From NCBI GenBank assembly GCA_003344405.1, contig NOWV01000025.1:186001-250000 (forward strand): a stretch of 64,000 nucleotides of DNA, written 5' to 3'. This document shows, piece after piece, positions 61,573 through 64,000 of this stretch (its first letter is position 1; each line of letters opens with the position of its first letter). The notes under the pieces were generated by a model. The model made no database searches. It saw nothing but the letters and a program-made list of their open reading frames with translations, and was not told the DNA's origin. This DNA is from Trichoplax sp. H2 (lineage: Eukaryota). A program made the translations under genes and the position numbers.

Positions 61573-63750
61573 AAGGATCTCATACCTATCACTATAGCAC
61601 TTACAATCATTCTTGATAACACTAAGTAAAAAAATCTTCATTTGAGAGACATCTGGCTATGAATTGTGATGCTGTAAGCTTATCCCATTGATTTTTCATT
61701 GGGCACTATTTTAACGTAATGGTGCTATAATCTGTATGTACTATTTTCTATCATTTGTCTCCATTTATAAGATCAATCTCACTCGATTAAGTCTAAATAA
61801 CTCTAAACCTACGTACAGACAATTATTAGTATTGTAATTTACTGTTAGAAAAGCAAAAGTCACTAATAGTAGCTTCATGATATGTTTACTTTGATGCGTA
61901 CGCGATAACGTTACGCTGTCATGCAATATCCGCTTGTAATTAAACCATACTCTTGCAGTCTTGCTACCATCAATAGCTTGTGTTGTTAATATTTACTGTA
62001 ATATGAAATAAAATACGGAGATATGATAAAGTAATTCATAATACTGCGTCTTGCATGGGTGATATCGCATTTGGATTATTGAATTTTGACAACATAGGAT
62101 TGTTTCCTATAGAGGATTTGAATCGATAGCTGGCGAGTAATTGCTGAGTATTTGTTTTGAGCTTGTTTGTCATTACGTAATTGCAGCGGCGCATTCTTGT
62201 ATGTTAATCCCACTACATATCTGCTAGTGCGATGCACTCCTTACTGACGCTCCATCTATGGTGATTTATAGTGAGTTGTAGTCAAAGGATGGTATACATA
62301 CATATATGGACTAGTTAGATGTTCTCGCGGTATAGTTTTATCTGGTAGTCCTAGGCCAATGGTCAATATATACTGTAAGGGTAAATACTTTACTAGACAG
62401 GACCGTTTGAGTGGAATTGATTCATTAATTGATTCATGATTATTGAATACACAATAACTACTGCTGCAGCGCGAGTTATGAGCCTATTGGCTGCAAAGTA
62501 ATAGTGCTAGATGTTGTAATTCACATACTACGCCTATGCAGAAAATATTAAACCACTGTTTCAGCTTGACTTGTATACTGACTGAACGGAGCGTACACGT
62601 ACCAGTGACGGATGGTTCGAAATTTCAAAGAAATAAAATAACTCCATAATGCAGTCAAGATTATCGAAAAAAATATCAAGTGCCAATGGCTCAAGGTTGT
62701 AGAGATCTGTCATGGTAAAAATTTAGCCAAATTTAAAGTAAATACCTTCAAAATTGAAAGACCTAATTAAGGGCTACACTATGGCTGAGCATTTGAGCAG
62801 TTTTCAACCAGTATCTACTGTCTGTTGTTATATAAGATGGAATATAATAAATAAATACTGTGGATGTTATCAATATAACCACGGTACAGATGTACGCTTG
62901 TACAGTGTACACATGCTAGCTGCCTACGTGTAAATTATACAGTATAGCATAGATAGATTGATATTCTGTTATGTCAGGTAGTAGCCTCCTCCTGCGTGTC
63001 TCTTTAACGTTCTACCTATGTGCGTTGATTCTCAATCTACAAATAAATCCACTCTTCATCCTCTCATCGTCTTTAATATCAAATATTGTGTATTTCAAGA
63101 AATCATCTTACATACTGTACTGTATGTTAGCGGGACGTTTGCAATCTACTTACTGTTTCGCAAACGTTCGCTAACATAGTGTCATAGGGCTCACCAAGCC
63201 CATGAAATGGTGGTGGCAAAATGATTGCAGGTAGCGCATCAAGAACAATATTAGACTACTATAGTCAATTTGGAAAATTACTATAGTAGCTGGTATCGGA
63301 AGGCTTTGTAGATTACTGTAGAAGACCGGTTTATTAAATGGTTGCATCGACTTGTATTATACAGTACTGTACAGTACATATGTAGTTCAATACGGCACGT
63401 ATTCGTAGTGACAAGAATCCATTCTTGAACTAATCTACACTCTACAGGCTTGGTTGTTAATGTAAAAGCACAAGACTGATGGCTTGTGTTTGCGGATGGG
63501 TGTGGTGCTGTTAATACTGTACCATGCTTCTGATATGGACTACAGATGTGAACTTGTCACTATTTTAGTCCAGTTTTTCTTTCTTTCTTGATTTAGTTCA
63601 CCGACTGAAAAGTACAAGCACTGTATGAGCAAGTCGTGTAACGTATACAGTAGATCTGCGCAGTCCGAATCAGTCGAGGTGTCACTTTTCTAGATCTAAC
63701 CTGTTTACGCTGTACTATTTACCTGTCAACAAGCTCAGAGATCGCTATGT

Positions 63751-64000
63751 AAATGAGCGCATCTCTTGCTAACGGTAGTATTATACCTCGTCTCTTCTCT
63801 TGTTATCTCTCTGTCTTTCTTTATTAATAAACATAGTTTTCTTGACTGTGAGTTGTACGTCTCTGCAAGTCTGCATACAACAGAATATATTACACAGTGT
63901 ACAGTGTACAGTACACTCTAAATGGAACATTCTACTGTACAGTACATACTGTACTGTGGGAAATGAGCGCATCTCTTGCTAACGGTAGTATTATACCTCG
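63751..64000. repeat. Direct repeat with 210-bp period, truncated by the window edge
   Basis: AAATGAGCGCATCTCTTGCTAACGGTAGTATTATACCTCG exact at 63751-63790 and 63961-64000. Confidence 0.9.

Noticed and set aside
62740..63110. Minus-strand hydrophobic stretch (VVILITSTVFIYYIPSYI...LSHSVALN) as a GPCR pseudogene
   Set aside because: TM6 and TM7 motifs are imperfect, the frame has several stops, and no other helices or DRY motif were found.

Overview
AT-rich, intron-rich eukaryotic (animal) genomic DNA; short GT-AG introns, compact spacing and composition suggest an early-branching animal such as a placozoan (inference only). Eight protein-coding genes are supported by hand-spliced exons: MEGF8-like (-, runs off the left edge), UFC1 (-), a flavin-containing monooxygenase (+), GPR89 (-), an intronless LIM-RA-SARAH RASSF gene (+), TMEM145 (+), a USP25/28-like deubiquitinase (-) and RSPH1 (+). 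Six of them form three head-to-head pairs around relatively GC-rich spacers containing TACAGTAC/GTACTGTA-type motifs. Many local tandem duplications of different ages lie in long introns and spacers. The most unusual signal is in the two gene-free gaps (about 8.7-14.4 kb and 32.1-38.3 kb), which hold chains of exon-like + strand segments with AG/GT borders and in-frame stops and weak mutual similarity. These may be decayed paralogues, recoded transcripts or partly chance. No rRNA, tRNA, CRISPR or intact transposase was recognised. Gene names come from recalled family similarity, not database searches.
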